Counted from the first letter of the stretch, positions 1 to 10,363 are shown. The stretch: 64,000 nucleotides of DNA from an uncultured delta proteobacterium (GCA_963713045.1 CAVQKE010000004.1:672001-736000), one strand, 5' to 3'. The notes: a model not told the origin generated them from the sequence alone. Numbers and translations: made by a program.

Positions 1-23
1 TCGCAACCGGTCTTGGAGTGCCC

Positions 24-611
24 ATGAACGCCCAACGCTCGGGCTGCCCGATTAATCTAACTCTCGAGACGCTGGGGGATCGCTGGAGCCTGATCGTCAT
101 CCGCGACGTGATGTTCGGCAACCGCCGTCACTTCCGCGAATTGCTGACCCGGTCTGAGGAGCGGATAGCCTCGAACATTCTGGCCGACCGGCTGAAGCGC
201 CTGGAGAAGGCCGGCCTGGTATCCCGTCGCGACGATCCCAGCCACAAGCAGAAGGCCATCTACAGCCTGACCGACGCTTCCATCGCTCTGGTCCCCCTGC
301 TGGCCCACATGGGCGGTTGGGGGTTACGTCACACGCCCGCGTCTAAAGAACTCTCGGTGCGCGCGAAAATCCTTGAAGACGGGGGCCCGAAGCTGTGGTC
401 CGAATTCATGGAGGAGTTGCGGCACCTCCACCTGGAGGCGCCGGCGCCCAGGAGGTCGGTCTTCTCCAGGTTGCAGTCGGCTTACGAAGCCGCCATTGCG
501 AAGCGGCTGCGTACCCGAGTTGGTGCTGGTGCGGATGAGCGGCCACAAGACGCGCGCAGTCTTCGAGCCGTACAGCGTCGTCGCAGAGGAGGACCTTCGC
601 GACGCCGTTAG
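24..611 (+). CDS. HxlR-family winged-helix transcriptional regulator; C-terminus extended by read-through into integrase relic
   Basis: RSGCPINLTLETLGDRWSLIVIRD...HFRELL...IASNILADRLKRL...YSLT is the HxlR pattern; last ~35 aa are low-complexity and overlap an integrase fragment in another frame. Confidence 0.85.
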   Translation: MNAQRSGCPINLTLETLGDRWSLIVIRDVMFGNRRHFRELLTRSEERIASNILADRLKRLEKAGLVSRRDDPSHKQKAIYSLTDASIALVPLLAHMGGWGLRHTPASKELSVRAKILEDGGPKLWSEFMEELRHLHLEAPAPRRSVFSRLQSAYEAAIAKRLRTRVGAGADERPQDARSLRAVQRRRRGGPSRRR

Positions 612-684
612 ACGCATCGAGGGCGGCCGTTTACGTCAAGAAACCGTCAAAGTCGAAAAATGGGAGCCCGGAGCCTGGAGGTAG
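500..684 (+). pseudogene. C-terminal relic of a tyrosine integrase
   Basis: Frame of ORF 373..684 reads VPELVLVRMSGHKTRAVFEPYSVVAEEDLRDAVRRI, aligning by eye with [36 protein letters not shown] of the integrase at 9.3-10.3 kb; no N-terminal part. Confidence 0.8.
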
Positions 685-693
685 ACATCGGGG

Positions 694-1049
694 TCAGCCG
701 TGCGCGTCAAGCTCCGCCAGGAAGACGGCTGCCTTGACGATTCTGAGCAGTGCGGTGGCCAGGTCGACGGTGTCTGACGGGTCCACCTTCACGACCTCGA
801 CCGCTGGAAGAAGGTCGGTCGCCACCATATGGGCGCTGGCCATGGCCCGCTCGACAAGGAGTCGCGGGTCAGTCCGGAACTTGCCGGCGAGCTTTGGATA
901 GTCGATGACCCGAAGGCATTTGGCCACGATTGGCGGGGACCAGACCAGCTCGAAGCCGTTGCGTCGCTGGAACTCGTTCCCTTCAAGCGCCCCGTCGTCG
1001 CTGAAGGGCCGGACCGGCTTGCGGCGCCCAGCAGCTTGAGAACGTCCAT
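694..1049 (-). pseudogene. PIN-domain toxin (putative TA toxin) remnant
   Basis: Minus-strand frame reads FELVWSPPIVAKCLRVIDYPKL...VEVVKVDPSDTVDLATAL, resembling PIN-family toxins; N-terminus lies in another frame and the C-terminal motif is absent. Confidence 0.5.
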
Positions 1050-1093
1050 TGCGCGGAAGCTATGGTCCCAGGGTATTTCACTGGGGGCCGTAA

Positions 1094-1681
1094 ATGGCTG
1101 GGCGTTTGATTGAGCGTTTCATGCCGGAAGCCGACGTTCGTGAGCTGCATGAGATACGCGTGAGCGCTTCCGCGGAGCTCGTCTTCGAGGTCGCCGAGAC
1201 CTTCGACATCCAGTCGCTGAGGTCCGTACGTGCGTTGTTCTGGCTTCGAGCGAAGCTCCTCGGTGCTAACCCAGGGCCCGTTCGGTGGCCGCGAGGCCTG
1301 GTTGCCGAGACGCGGAATCTCGGATGGGCCGAGCTCGCCCTCGAGCCGAGCCGACAGCGGGTTATGGGCGCGGTAACCCGCCCGTGGGAGCCCAACGTCC
1401 GCTTCACCGTCGTTGCGCCAGAGCACTTCCTGGCCTTCTCCAAGCCCGACCAGGTGAAGATTGTCTGGACGCTCGAGGCCGAGCCCGAGTCTCCGGATGT
1501 GACGCTCTTCCGGACCGAGACGCGCGCGCTTGCCACGGACGAAGAAGCGCGCCGGAAGTTTCGGCGCTACTGGAGATTCTTTGGAGCAGGCATTGTCCTC
1601 ATCCGGCTACTACTCCTTCCGGCGCTTCGGCGCGAAGCCGAGCGTCGCCAACATCCGCGGCATGGACAACGGTCACAGTAG
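1094..1681 (+). CDS. conserved hypothetical protein
   Basis: 195-aa ATG ORF with protein-like composition (LIERFMPEADVRELHEI...FRTETRALATD...FRRYWR). Confidence 0.7.
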   Translation: MAGRLIERFMPEADVRELHEIRVSASAELVFEVAETFDIQSLRSVRALFWLRAKLLGANPGPVRWPRGLVAETRNLGWAELALEPSRQRVMGAVTRPWEPNVRFTVVAPEHFLAFSKPDQVKIVWTLEAEPESPDVTLFRTETRALATDEEARRKFRRYWRFFGAGIVLIRLLLLPALRREAERRQHPRHGQRSQ

Positions 1682-2168
1682 CCTCTACCGGTTGCAACCA
1701 CTGACTTCTCTGACGGCGCTGACCCACGACGAGCTGGCTCACGGAGCTTCTCGGAGCAGCGCGGGGCGTCGTGCTCACCGAGACCCTGACGTAGCCCCCT
1801 GAAGGACGCCTTGCGTGCTGGCCGAGACCGAGCAGCCACCGGAACCTCGTGGCCCCGTCGACCCCAAAATTCCCTTCGAACTTTACGCGAAACTGGGCCG
1901 ACTGCTGGAGCGCCTTGCCGAGCTGGACCCGACCCGTGCCGGGACTGAGATGTATTCGGGAAGGTGGTACTGACGCCCAAGAAGGTCCCTGGCGGCATCA
2001 CCTGGGGGCTGATAACCGCCGTGCGGAGCCACGGAGGCAGACTCGGTGACCCTACTGGCCAAGCGGCAAGTATCTCTAACGGAGATTGCGGGGGGCTGGC
2101 GGACTCCCTCCGGCGATGCGAGACGAACCGTGAAATGCGGCCATTGGTCGCTCGCCTTTCTCAGGGTC

Positions 2169-3089
2169 TTACGGGACCAGCACGATCTTCCCGTGAGTAT
2201 GGCGCCGCTCGAGCTCTCGATAGGCGTCCTGCACCTTTGCCAAGGGGTACACCTTTGCGATTGGAACCTCGAGACGACCCGCCGCCATCAATTCTGCCAG
2301 CTCGCCGAGTACTGCCGCATTCGCAGCGTCATGGCTTCCCGCCACCTTGACGCCGTGCTTCTCGGCGGCCGAGAAGTCGATGATTGTGTCGATCCGATTG
2401 GGCGCGACTCCCAACTCTAGCGCTAGCTCGACATAGCCTCGGCCGAACGTGTCAATGAAAGCATCGACACGGCCACCCGTAGCCGCGCGAACTCGCGCGG
2501 CAACTCCGTCGCCATAGGAAACCGGGACTACACCGTGGTCAGTAAGCCAACTGTGATTGCCTTCACTAGCCAAACCAATGACCTTCGCTCCTTTGAGCCC
2601 CGCTAGCTGCACCACCAACGAACCGACGCCGCCAGCCGCGCCGGAAACGACGACGGTTTCGCCAGCCTTGAGCAACACCGCTTGGACCGCCGCATAGGCC
2701 GTGGTGCCTGCAACAAACAGGGCTCCCGCTTGCTCCCACGGCACGTTAGGCGGACGTCGGGTTAGCTGCTCAGCGTTGACGGCGACGAACTCGGCATGAC
2801 TTGCACGGTCGTTGGTGAACCCGATGACCTCATCGTCAGCACGAATCCCCCTCACCCCCACACCAACCTCCTCGACAATGCCGGCGAAGTCGCTCCCTTC
2901 ACCCGACGGAAACTTGGCAGGCCAGCGTTTGGCGAAAAGCCCTTCGCGAATGGCGACCTCGCCTGGATTGATGCCAGCGGCTTTGACTCGAACGAGGACC
3001 TGTCCCCGCCCCGGAACCGGCCGGTCGACATCCCGAACGTGAAGGACATCGAGGCCGCCATATTTGTCGAACATCACTGCTCTCGGCAT
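2169..3089 (-). CDS. NADP-dependent oxidoreductase (MDR / quinone reductase family)
   Basis: VLVRVKAAGINP, GSDFAG, VVVSGAAGGVG Rossmann motif, C-terminal HTHGKIVL. Confidence 0.9.
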   Translation of the reverse strand: MPRAVMFDKYGGLDVLHVRDVDRPVPGRGQVLVRVKAAGINPGEVAIREGLFAKRWPAKFPSGEGSDFAGIVEEVGVGVRGIRADDEVIGFTNDRASHAEFVAVNAEQLTRRPPNVPWEQAGALFVAGTTAYAAVQAVLLKAGETVVVSGAAGGVGSLVVQLAGLKGAKVIGLASEGNHSWLTDHGVVPVSYGDGVAARVRAATGGRVDAFIDTFGRGYVELALELGVAPNRIDTIIDFSAAEKHGVKVAGSHDAANAAVLGELAELMAAGRLEVPIAKVYPLAKVQDAYRELERRHTHGKIVLVP

Positions 3090-3101
3090 GACCCATCCCA
3101 A

Positions 3102-3332
3102 TTAGGCCTGAGCCACAGCCGCGTGGCTGATGGCGGTAAGCTCCCGCTCAGCTGCGAACCAGTCCTCTTGGTCGAAGCCATGCTGACATCCACGTCCAGC
3201 GAATTTCTCGTAGGCAAGCAAAGCGATAGCCGTCTCAGACGGAGGCGAATCCAGCCGCAGCCCCGCCCCCGGAACCGGTCTGGTAGGGGGAAACCTGGCC
3301 TTCAATAGTTTACATATCTGCGTCGTTTCCAT
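3102..3332 (-). CDS. DUF2934-like small protein
   Basis: IALLAYEKFAGRGCQHGFDQEDWFAAEREL matches the DUF2934 pattern; ATG at 3332 follows GGGAGAG (the ORF could extend to 3458). Confidence 0.7.
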   Translation of the reverse strand: METTQICKLLKARFPPTRPVPGAGLRLDSPPSETAIALLAYEKFAGRGCQHGFDQEDWFAAERELTAISHAAVAQA

Positions 3333-3545
3333 ATCGACTCTCTCCCTGTCGCGCTGTTGAGACTGGCCAAGCCGACCGCCGAAAGGCGAATTGCGTTTTC
3401 GCCGTAGGTAGCGGCGGCGCCTCCGAGACGGTGACATACTCTGCGTCGTTCTAAACATGGTGGGCGCGCATGATGCACGCCGTCAACAATGCACGGCTGC
3501 TGAGGCCAGGCATCGGCGATGGAGTGGCACGCACCGACCGAACGA

Positions 3546-3561
3546 CGCAAATCGCGCGCCT
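3546..3561 (-). promoter_or_regulatory. putative sigma54 (-24/-12) promoter
   Basis: AGGCGCGCGATTTGCG: GG-N10-GC, upstream of the DUF2934-like gene. Confidence 0.45.
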
Positions 3562-3650
3562 TTTCGTTAGCTTCAGCGACCAGTGAGAGATTGTGATGTT
3601 CGTCTTTCACAACTGCTAGCGGTCTGCCAAGTGCGAAAAGGCCCACCAAG

Positions 3651-4145
3651 TCATCTAAGTTTCGACATCGATGGCGTCGTTTCTTCGAGGAGGTGGAGTG
3701 GAACAGGCTTCTCCTCAGCGGCTCTGCGAAATCGTTGCAGAACTGCCATCGGTAACGCCTTTGTTGCCCAAGGATATAACCCGTCGTCCTCACTCTGCGC
3801 ATGAGCGCGGAGTCGGGAAATGAACTCCTCGACGGCGGAGGTTCTCAACAAGTGAAGGTCGAGGTTGATGCCGAACTCGGTCAAGACCCGCCGGAAGTAT
3901 TGATGGTCTTGAAGCAAGGTATCCGCCGCTGCCGGGTGTTCCTCGGCATATATCGGCAGCAGTTCAACCTCCTCCGCCGAGATGTGCGCGAGAAGGGCCT
4001 TCTCGAAGATGTTCCACATTTCGCGAAGCTCTGAGCGGTCATCCTTCTTCGTCTCAGCGATTAGCTCATCGAAGAGGCGCAGCAGCCTGGCGTGGTGGCC
4101 TCGAAGCGGATGTTTTCCGGCCTTCTGCCGTTGTTTGACCGACAT
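3651..4145 (-). CDS. hemerythrin-domain protein
   Basis: H...HxxxEE...H...HxxxE pattern (HHARL, HISAEE, DHQY, HAQSED...LYP). Confidence 0.8.
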   Translation of the reverse strand: MSVKQRQKAGKHPLRGHHARLLRLFDELIAETKKDDRSELREMWNIFEKALLAHISAEEVELLPIYAEEHPAAADTLLQDHQYFRRVLTEFGINLDLHLLRTSAVEEFISRLRAHAQSEDDGLYPWATKALPMAVLQRFRRAAEEKPVPLHLLEETTPSMSKLR

Positions 4146-4173
4146 GTTGACCCTCTTCCTTGCTCAAAGTCTA

Positions 4174-4189
4174 AGCAAAGGCCGTGCCT
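4174..4189 (-). promoter_or_regulatory. putative sigma54 (-24/-12) promoter
   Basis: AGGCACGGCCTTTGCT, near-consensus TGGCACG-N4-TTGCW, about 30 bp upstream of the hemerythrin ATG. Confidence 0.6.
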
Positions 4190-4539
4190 TGGCTCGACAG
4201 TCTCCGACGCGGTGTCAAGGGTGCTCGCGGTGCGGCGCCAGAGCCCCAAACCGCAAAGATTGCGGGGTCCACGGTGCTAGCGCATTCGCACCGACCGGTA
4301 TTGGTGCCCCGTCCGCCCGAGTGACCCGTTGGCACTGACCGCCGCGGCGTCTCCCGCGCGGCGGCGACGGCGGAGCGGGAGCCCCGAGTGCGTCCTATTG
4401 AAAACCAAGCAATGGGCCATCGCCTAACCGCCAGCACTGCCGGCTGGCGTCACATCGCGCCCCCGTGGGAATCCGGCGCCTTCCTCGGGCCTGCAAGACT
4501 CTCCCTGGCTTCATTTTGGAAGTGAACGCCAGTCGCGTC

Positions 4540-5586
4540 CTAGTGCCCAAGCGTTTCGGGCTCACTCCCGATACGACCGCGGAATGTGCGCGCTACGTAA
4601 ACAAAGTACGCGCACGCAAGGGGCAGCCCGATTGCAGCCCACAGAGTCGCCGCGCGAAGCGCATACCCGCCCGAGGCAGCGGCATGCGCGGTGAGGTCGA
4701 ACTTGGGGCTGAGGGTGGAGTGAAGCAACACTGGCCAGCTAGCGGCCGCGGCGCTGGCCAAGAGGCCCACAAGCAACAACGCCGAGCTGCCGAACGCGAC
4801 GCCGGCGTACCTTCGGATGAGCCCCCACAGCAGGCCCAGGACTGCGAGCGCAACGAGCGCCAAGGTTAGCCAAACCATCGGCCGTTGCGCGGCAGCCGCA
4901 GCCAGCCCGGGCCGTACTCGCAGCGTTGCCCAGGTCACGACGCATAAGAGTGCCGCGATCAGAGGGTAGAGGCCTCGCGCGACGCGGAAACTCCGCTGCG
5001 CGACCGGTCCCAGCGTCTTGAGGGCAAGAAAAAGAGCACCATGCGCGGTGAGCGTCAGGAGGGCAAAGACGCCCACCAGGACCGTGTACGCATCCAGGAC
5101 CCCGGAGCTTGGTCCAGGGAGCAAGGAGTCGAAAAAACCGAGCGAAAAGGCCCCACTCTCGTCTAGAGGCACACCGCGAATCACGTTTCCTAGAGCTGCG
5201 CCGAGCACGACTGCCAAGAGGGCGCTTGCGAGGGCGAAAACGACATCCCAGAAGCTCCGCCAGAGGGGGTTGTGGACGTGACTGCGAACTTCGATGGAGA
5301 CCCCACGCAAGACTAACAGCCAGAGGACGAGTATCAGGGGGAGGTAGAAGCCGGAGAACCCCACCGCATAAGCCACGGGGAATGCGAGCACCAGCGCGCC
5401 ACCGCCCGCTAGAAGCCAAACTTCGTTGCCATCCCAACGCGGACCGATGGTGGCGAGCAGCGTTCGACGCTCGTCGTCGTCTCGGGCAACGAAGAGATGC
5501 AGAGCGCCGGCGCCGAGGTCGAAGCCGTCGAGCACCACGTACACTGCCAGCATGACGGACACCACCCCGTACCAGAGCACTTCCAT
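4540..5586 (-). CDS. cydB: cytochrome bd ubiquinol oxidase subunit II
   Basis: YVVLDGFDLG, IGPRWDGNEVWL motifs; ATG at 5586 overlaps the cydA stop (TGATG). Confidence 0.93.
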   Translation of the reverse strand: MEVLWYGVVSVMLAVYVVLDGFDLGAGALHLFVARDDDERRTLLATIGPRWDGNEVWLLAGGGALVLAFPVAYAVGFSGFYLPLILVLWLLVLRGVSIEVRSHVHNPLWRSFWDVVFALASALLAVVLGAALGNVIRGVPLDESGAFSLGFFDSLLPGPSSGVLDAYTVLVGVFALLTLTAHGALFLALKTLGPVAQRSFRVARGLYPLIAALLCVVTWATLRVRPGLAAAAAQRPMVWLTLALVALAVLGLLWGLIRRYAGVAFGSSALLLVGLLASAAAASWPVLLHSTLSPKFDLTAHAAASGGYALRAATLWAAIGLPLACAYFVYVARTFRGRIGSEPETLGH

Positions 5587-6962
5587 CACGCTCTCCTCAC
5601 GGCGCTCGATGTGGCCGCAGTGACAGTCTCGGGACGAGGCGGCCCCTCCGTGGGGCCGTTCACAATCTCTCGTCCCACCAGGTACAGGAAAAGCAGCCCC
5701 ACCACGAGGTAGAGGCCGCAGAAGCCGATGAAGGTGAAAATGGCATTGCCAGCGCCCACGTTCAGGCTCGTACCCTGAGACGTGCGCATCAGACCCTGGA
5801 CAATCCACGGCTGCCGCGCCATCTCCGCCGTCATCCACCCCGCGGTGTTGGCGATGTAAGGGAAGGGAATCGCCAGCAGCCAGACCCACAGGAGCCACCG
5901 CGACTGGAGCAGTTTGCCGCGATAAAGCTGGAGAGCCGAGAGGAGTGCAAGGGCGATGAAGAGCGTCCCGAGCCCCACCATGACGTGGTAGGCGTAATAG
6001 GTGAGTTCCATGTTGTCCGGCCAGTCGTCAGAAGGCACGTCGTTGAGGCCAAGCACAGTGCTCCCGAAGGAGCCGTAGGCGAGAAAGCTCAGTAGCCCCG
6101 GCACCTGGATTGGGTTGTCTAACCGTCTGCGCCTTGCGTCCGGCTGACCGATGATGGCCAATTTCGCGCTCGGGCCGCTGTCGAAAAGCCCCTCCATGGC
6201 TGCGAGCGCGACGGGCTGATGGTCCGCGACGAGCTTGCCCTGGCGGTCGCCGGTGGGGAACAACTGGAGGATGCAGGCAATTGCGGCCGTGACGACGCCC
6301 ACTCGCAGACACCGCGTCGCCGTTTCGCGGTGTCGACCCATCAAGAGCCATAGCGCGGAGATGCCACACACAACGAATGAGGCCGTCACGACGGAGGCCG
6401 TCATGTTGTGCGCGTACTGCCAACCTGCCCAGGGGTTGAGCAGGAAGCCCCAAAAGTCCGAGAGGATGAGTCGTCCGTCCGCAGCCCTTGAGTAACCCAC
6501 CGGGTGCTGCATGAAGGCATTGGTAGCGATGATGAAATAGCCGCTCAACCAGGAACCAAAGAAGAGAGCCAGCGCGGTCCCAAAGTGAGCCCTCGGCGAA
6601 AGTCGCTTCTCACCGTAGAGGAAGAGGCCAAGAAAGGTGGATTCGAGGAAAAACGCAAACATCCCCTCCATGGCCAGTGTGGTTCCGATGACGCCGCCAG
6701 CAAATTGCGAAAATCGAGACCAGTTGGTGCCGAACTGGAATTCCATCGGGATGCCCGAAACGACTCCCACCGCAAAATTCAGCGCGAAGATTTTGGCCCA
6801 AAAGCGCGCCGCCGATTCCCAGCGCGCGTCGCCACTCCGGAGAGCAAACCACTTGAAGAGCACGACGAAGAGCGCGAGCCCCATCGTGAGTTGGGGGAAC
6901 AGGTAGTGGTAGGTGATGGTGAAGCCAAATTGCAGTCGATGCCAGAAGAGGGGGTCGGTCAT
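5586..6962 (-). CDS. cydA: cytochrome bd ubiquinol oxidase subunit I
   Basis: RLQFGFTITYHYLFP, MEFQFGTNW, AFFLESTF, AEMARQPW motifs. Confidence 0.95.
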   Translation of the reverse strand: MTDPLFWHRLQFGFTITYHYLFPQLTMGLALFVVLFKWFALRSGDARWESAARFWAKIFALNFAVGVVSGIPMEFQFGTNWSRFSQFAGGVIGTTLAMEGMFAFFLESTFLGLFLYGEKRLSPRAHFGTALALFFGSWLSGYFIIATNAFMQHPVGYSRAADGRLILSDFWGFLLNPWAGWQYAHNMTASVVTASFVVCGISALWLLMGRHRETATRCLRVGVVTAAIACILQLFPTGDRQGKLVADHQPVALAAMEGLFDSGPSAKLAIIGQPDARRRRLDNPIQVPGLLSFLAYGSFGSTVLGLNDVPSDDWPDNMELTYYAYHVMVGLGTLFIALALLSALQLYRGKLLQSRWLLWVWLLAIPFPYIANTAGWMTAEMARQPWIVQGLMRTSQGTSLNVGAGNAIFTFIGFCGLYLVVGLLFLYLVGREIVNGPTEGPPRPETVTAATSSAVRRA

Positions 6963-6973
6963 TTCGGAGCCCT

Positions 6974-7099
6974 TTAGCCCACGCCGGCCGAGGCAGCCAA
7001 AGTTCTACGGTTGGCTTCAGAGTTAGCGGGATGGCGAAGCATGTGCGCCGCGAGGGACCTGACGCGACTTGCTCGAAGGGGCGCTCGCGTCGTTTCCAT
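6974..7099 (-). CDS. putative 41-aa leader ORF upstream of cydA (METTRAPLRASRVRSLAAHMLRHPANSEANRRTLAASAGVG)
   Basis: AAAGGAGGT Shine-Dalgarno 12 nt before ATG; stop 11 nt before the cydA ATG; below the ORF-track size cut-off. Confidence 0.35.
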   Translation of the reverse strand: METTRAPLRASRVRSLAAHMLRHPANSEANRRTLAASAGVG

Positions 7100-7132
7100 C
7101 GTACGGCTGCTACCTCCTTTGGTAGCTCGATG

Positions 7133-7148
7133 TGCACGCAGCGCGCCA
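7133..7148 (-). promoter_or_regulatory. putative sigma54 (-24/-12) promoter for leader-cydAB
   Basis: TGGCGCGCTGCGTGCA: GG-N10-GC just upstream of the strong SD. Confidence 0.45.
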
Positions 7149-7673
7149 GAGACATCCCGTCAGGCGGATGGCGTCAAACGCGCAACTCTTGCGACCACAA
7201 TGTGGTCCGCGGGGCCAGATTCAGAATCCGAAGCCACCAAAAAGGAGCAGACGAGGGTGGCTGTCATCCGACCTGACAACGGGGCTCGACTCCCACTACC
7301 CTGCTTCTGTGAAGGCAGGTCTGCAGCGGCTGCTTGCCCGTGCCGGCTCGGCTCTCCTGCTTAAGCCGGTAGCGGCACGGGTTCTCTCTCCGCGCTGGGT
7401 GGCGGGGTGGATTGGTGGCTGCCGTCACTCCTCTGCCCACTGCTACTGCTGCCAGTGGTGATGCCCGAGCGTGGGCGGTGGTTTCCCCCGCTGAGCGTCT
7501 ACTACGGCGACGAGCCGCACTGTGGAGCTCGTCGGGGAGAAAATCGAATTGATGGGCCATAGTTCGGGGCCTCCTGTGACGCTGAATGCAGAGCGACCCA
7601 CGACTAGCAGTACCAACTCCGGAGCTAAAAGCTTCGAGACAGTCCTTCATCGCAACAAGCACACGGGCTAGGG

Positions 7674-8651
7674 CTATGACTGCCGTAGTGTTGCCGCCAG
7701 CAACTCAACCGACCGAAGGCGGCGTTCGATGTCCTGCGAAGGATGCACGGTGATGAGCTCGTCGGCGCCGGAGTGGCGCACGAAGTCTTCTACGTAGCTG
7801 CGGACATCCGCTGGGGTTCCGATTGCTGAGTAGGTCCCCATGGAATTGATGCGCAGTCCGGCCGGTGACTGCAGAATCTCGTTGGCCTCGGCATCGCTGA
7901 AAGAGCGGCCTTTGCCCAGTAGCGCCCGCACCCGAAAGCGTTTGACTTCGTGAAACTGCTCCTTGGCTCGAGCAGCGTCCTCGTCGACGATGACGTTGAG
8001 ACCGGCGATGAAATACGGCCGCTCGAGCTGTTTCGAAGGTCGGAACTCGCGACGATAGAGCGCAGAGGCTTCGTGAAGTGCCTCTGGGGCGAAGTGGGAG
8101 GCGAACCCGAAGGGCAACCCGAGGGCCGCGGCGAGCCGGGCGCCAAAGAGGGAAGAACCAAGAATGTATAACGGGACGTTGGTGCCCTTGCCCGGGGTCG
8201 CTTCGACGCCGGGCACGATCGACTCGCCCCTGAGATAGGCCTGGAGCTCCAGCACGTCATCGGGGAAAGAGTCGGCGCTGTAGCGGCGCAGCGCGTAGAT
8301 GGTCTCCTGATCGCCGCCGGGCGCCCGCCCGAGCCCCAGGTCAATGCGGTCGGGATAGAGCTCAGCGAGCGTTCCGAATTGCTCGGCGATAACCAACGGC
8401 GAGTGGTTCGGGAGCATGACACCGCCGGCGCCGAGCCGGATGCTCTTGGTGTGGGCGGCGATGTGGGCGATGAGCACGGCAGGCGCCGAGGAAGCAATGC
8501 TCGCGATGCTGTGGTGCTCGGCGTACCAGACTCGCCGATAGCCGGCTTCTTCCGCGCGTTGGGCCAAGCGTATGCTGGCGGCAAAGCTCTCGCGCGCGGT
8601 TTGGCCACGGCCTATAAGAGCAAGGTCGAGAATGGAGAGCGGAAGCATCAT
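7674..8651 (-). CDS. LLM-class flavin-dependent oxidoreductase (luciferase-like)
   Basis: [45 protein letters not shown]. Confidence 0.92.
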   Translation of the reverse strand: MMLPLSILDLALIGRGQTARESFAASIRLAQRAEEAGYRRVWYAEHHSIASIASSAPAVLIAHIAAHTKSIRLGAGGVMLPNHSPLVIAEQFGTLAELYPDRIDLGLGRAPGGDQETIYALRRYSADSFPDDVLELQAYLRGESIVPGVEATPGKGTNVPLYILGSSLFGARLAAALGLPFGFASHFAPEALHEASALYRREFRPSKQLERPYFIAGLNVIVDEDAARAKEQFHEVKRFRVRALLGKGRSFSDAEANEILQSPAGLRINSMGTYSAIGTPADVRSYVEDFVRHSGADELITVHPSQDIERRLRSVELLAATLRQS

Positions 8652-9341
8652 CACTAAGGCTTCTCTAATCGGCCCACTCTCCTCCGGCCCGGCGTCCCGG
8701 TCCCCCTGCCCAGCCTCCGCACCAAGACGAAAACGTTCACCTTCCACGGAACTCTCGCATCGCGGGCGAGTCCGGGGGTGAAAGGAAGACTAGACGTGAC
8801 GGGTGTTCTGCGCCTCTGCGGCCTGGCGCGCAATGCCTGCGGGAGCCACGTCAGCCAGCGTCAGCCCCACCGCAGTTTGGACCGTCACAGCCGGGCACGC
8901 TCGATGCAGCATCTGCAGCCAGTCCCACAGTGGCAAATTCATTGCTGACGTCTGGTAGCAGCTCGGGCGTGCCCCGATTATCCGAGGGAGACTCACTCTC
9001 GACGCCTTGGCCTGGAGACCTCCCCGTGCCACCAGCTGTTGAACCAATCCGAAGCCTCACAACCTTTTTGGTACCGGCCGCGTGACTGAAGACGGAAGCG
9101 TAGACGCGGAAGGATGTTGCCAGATGCTACACCGAGGGGATCGAAGAGAACGCCCGACCGGGAAACACTGCTGATCCCGCGATTTGGGTCGATTGGCTGA
9201 AGGCCGTGGAATGGTCGCGGGCTAGGTCAGAGGATCTTTCGGCATTCGATCAACGCGAAGGGGATGACGGAATAGGGCGGATGCCGAGGCGAACGCCGCC
9301 ACGCTAATCCTCCGTCTTCGGGCGCCACCGTCATTCAGCCC

Positions 9342-10348
<1,007 letters not shown>

Positions 10349-10363
10349 GCGCGAAAGGCGGTC

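Noticed and set aside
4146..4539. cydX-like small subunit downstream of cydB
   Set aside because: No short hydrophobic ORF with an RBS was seen
5587..5898. N-terminal extension of cydB in the ORF track (similar extensions for icd, mdh, ndk, menF, menG, ino1 and the NtrC gene)
   Set aside because: They overlap neighbouring genes or precede the conserved start; internal starts with RBS or stop-start overlaps fit better
8790..9060. Short ORFs between the LLM gene and the integrase
   Set aside because: No recognisable motif, RBS or codon bias
1..9340. Second att copy (tRNA-fMet 3' duplicate)
   Set aside because: None found by eye; it may lie left of the window or have decayed
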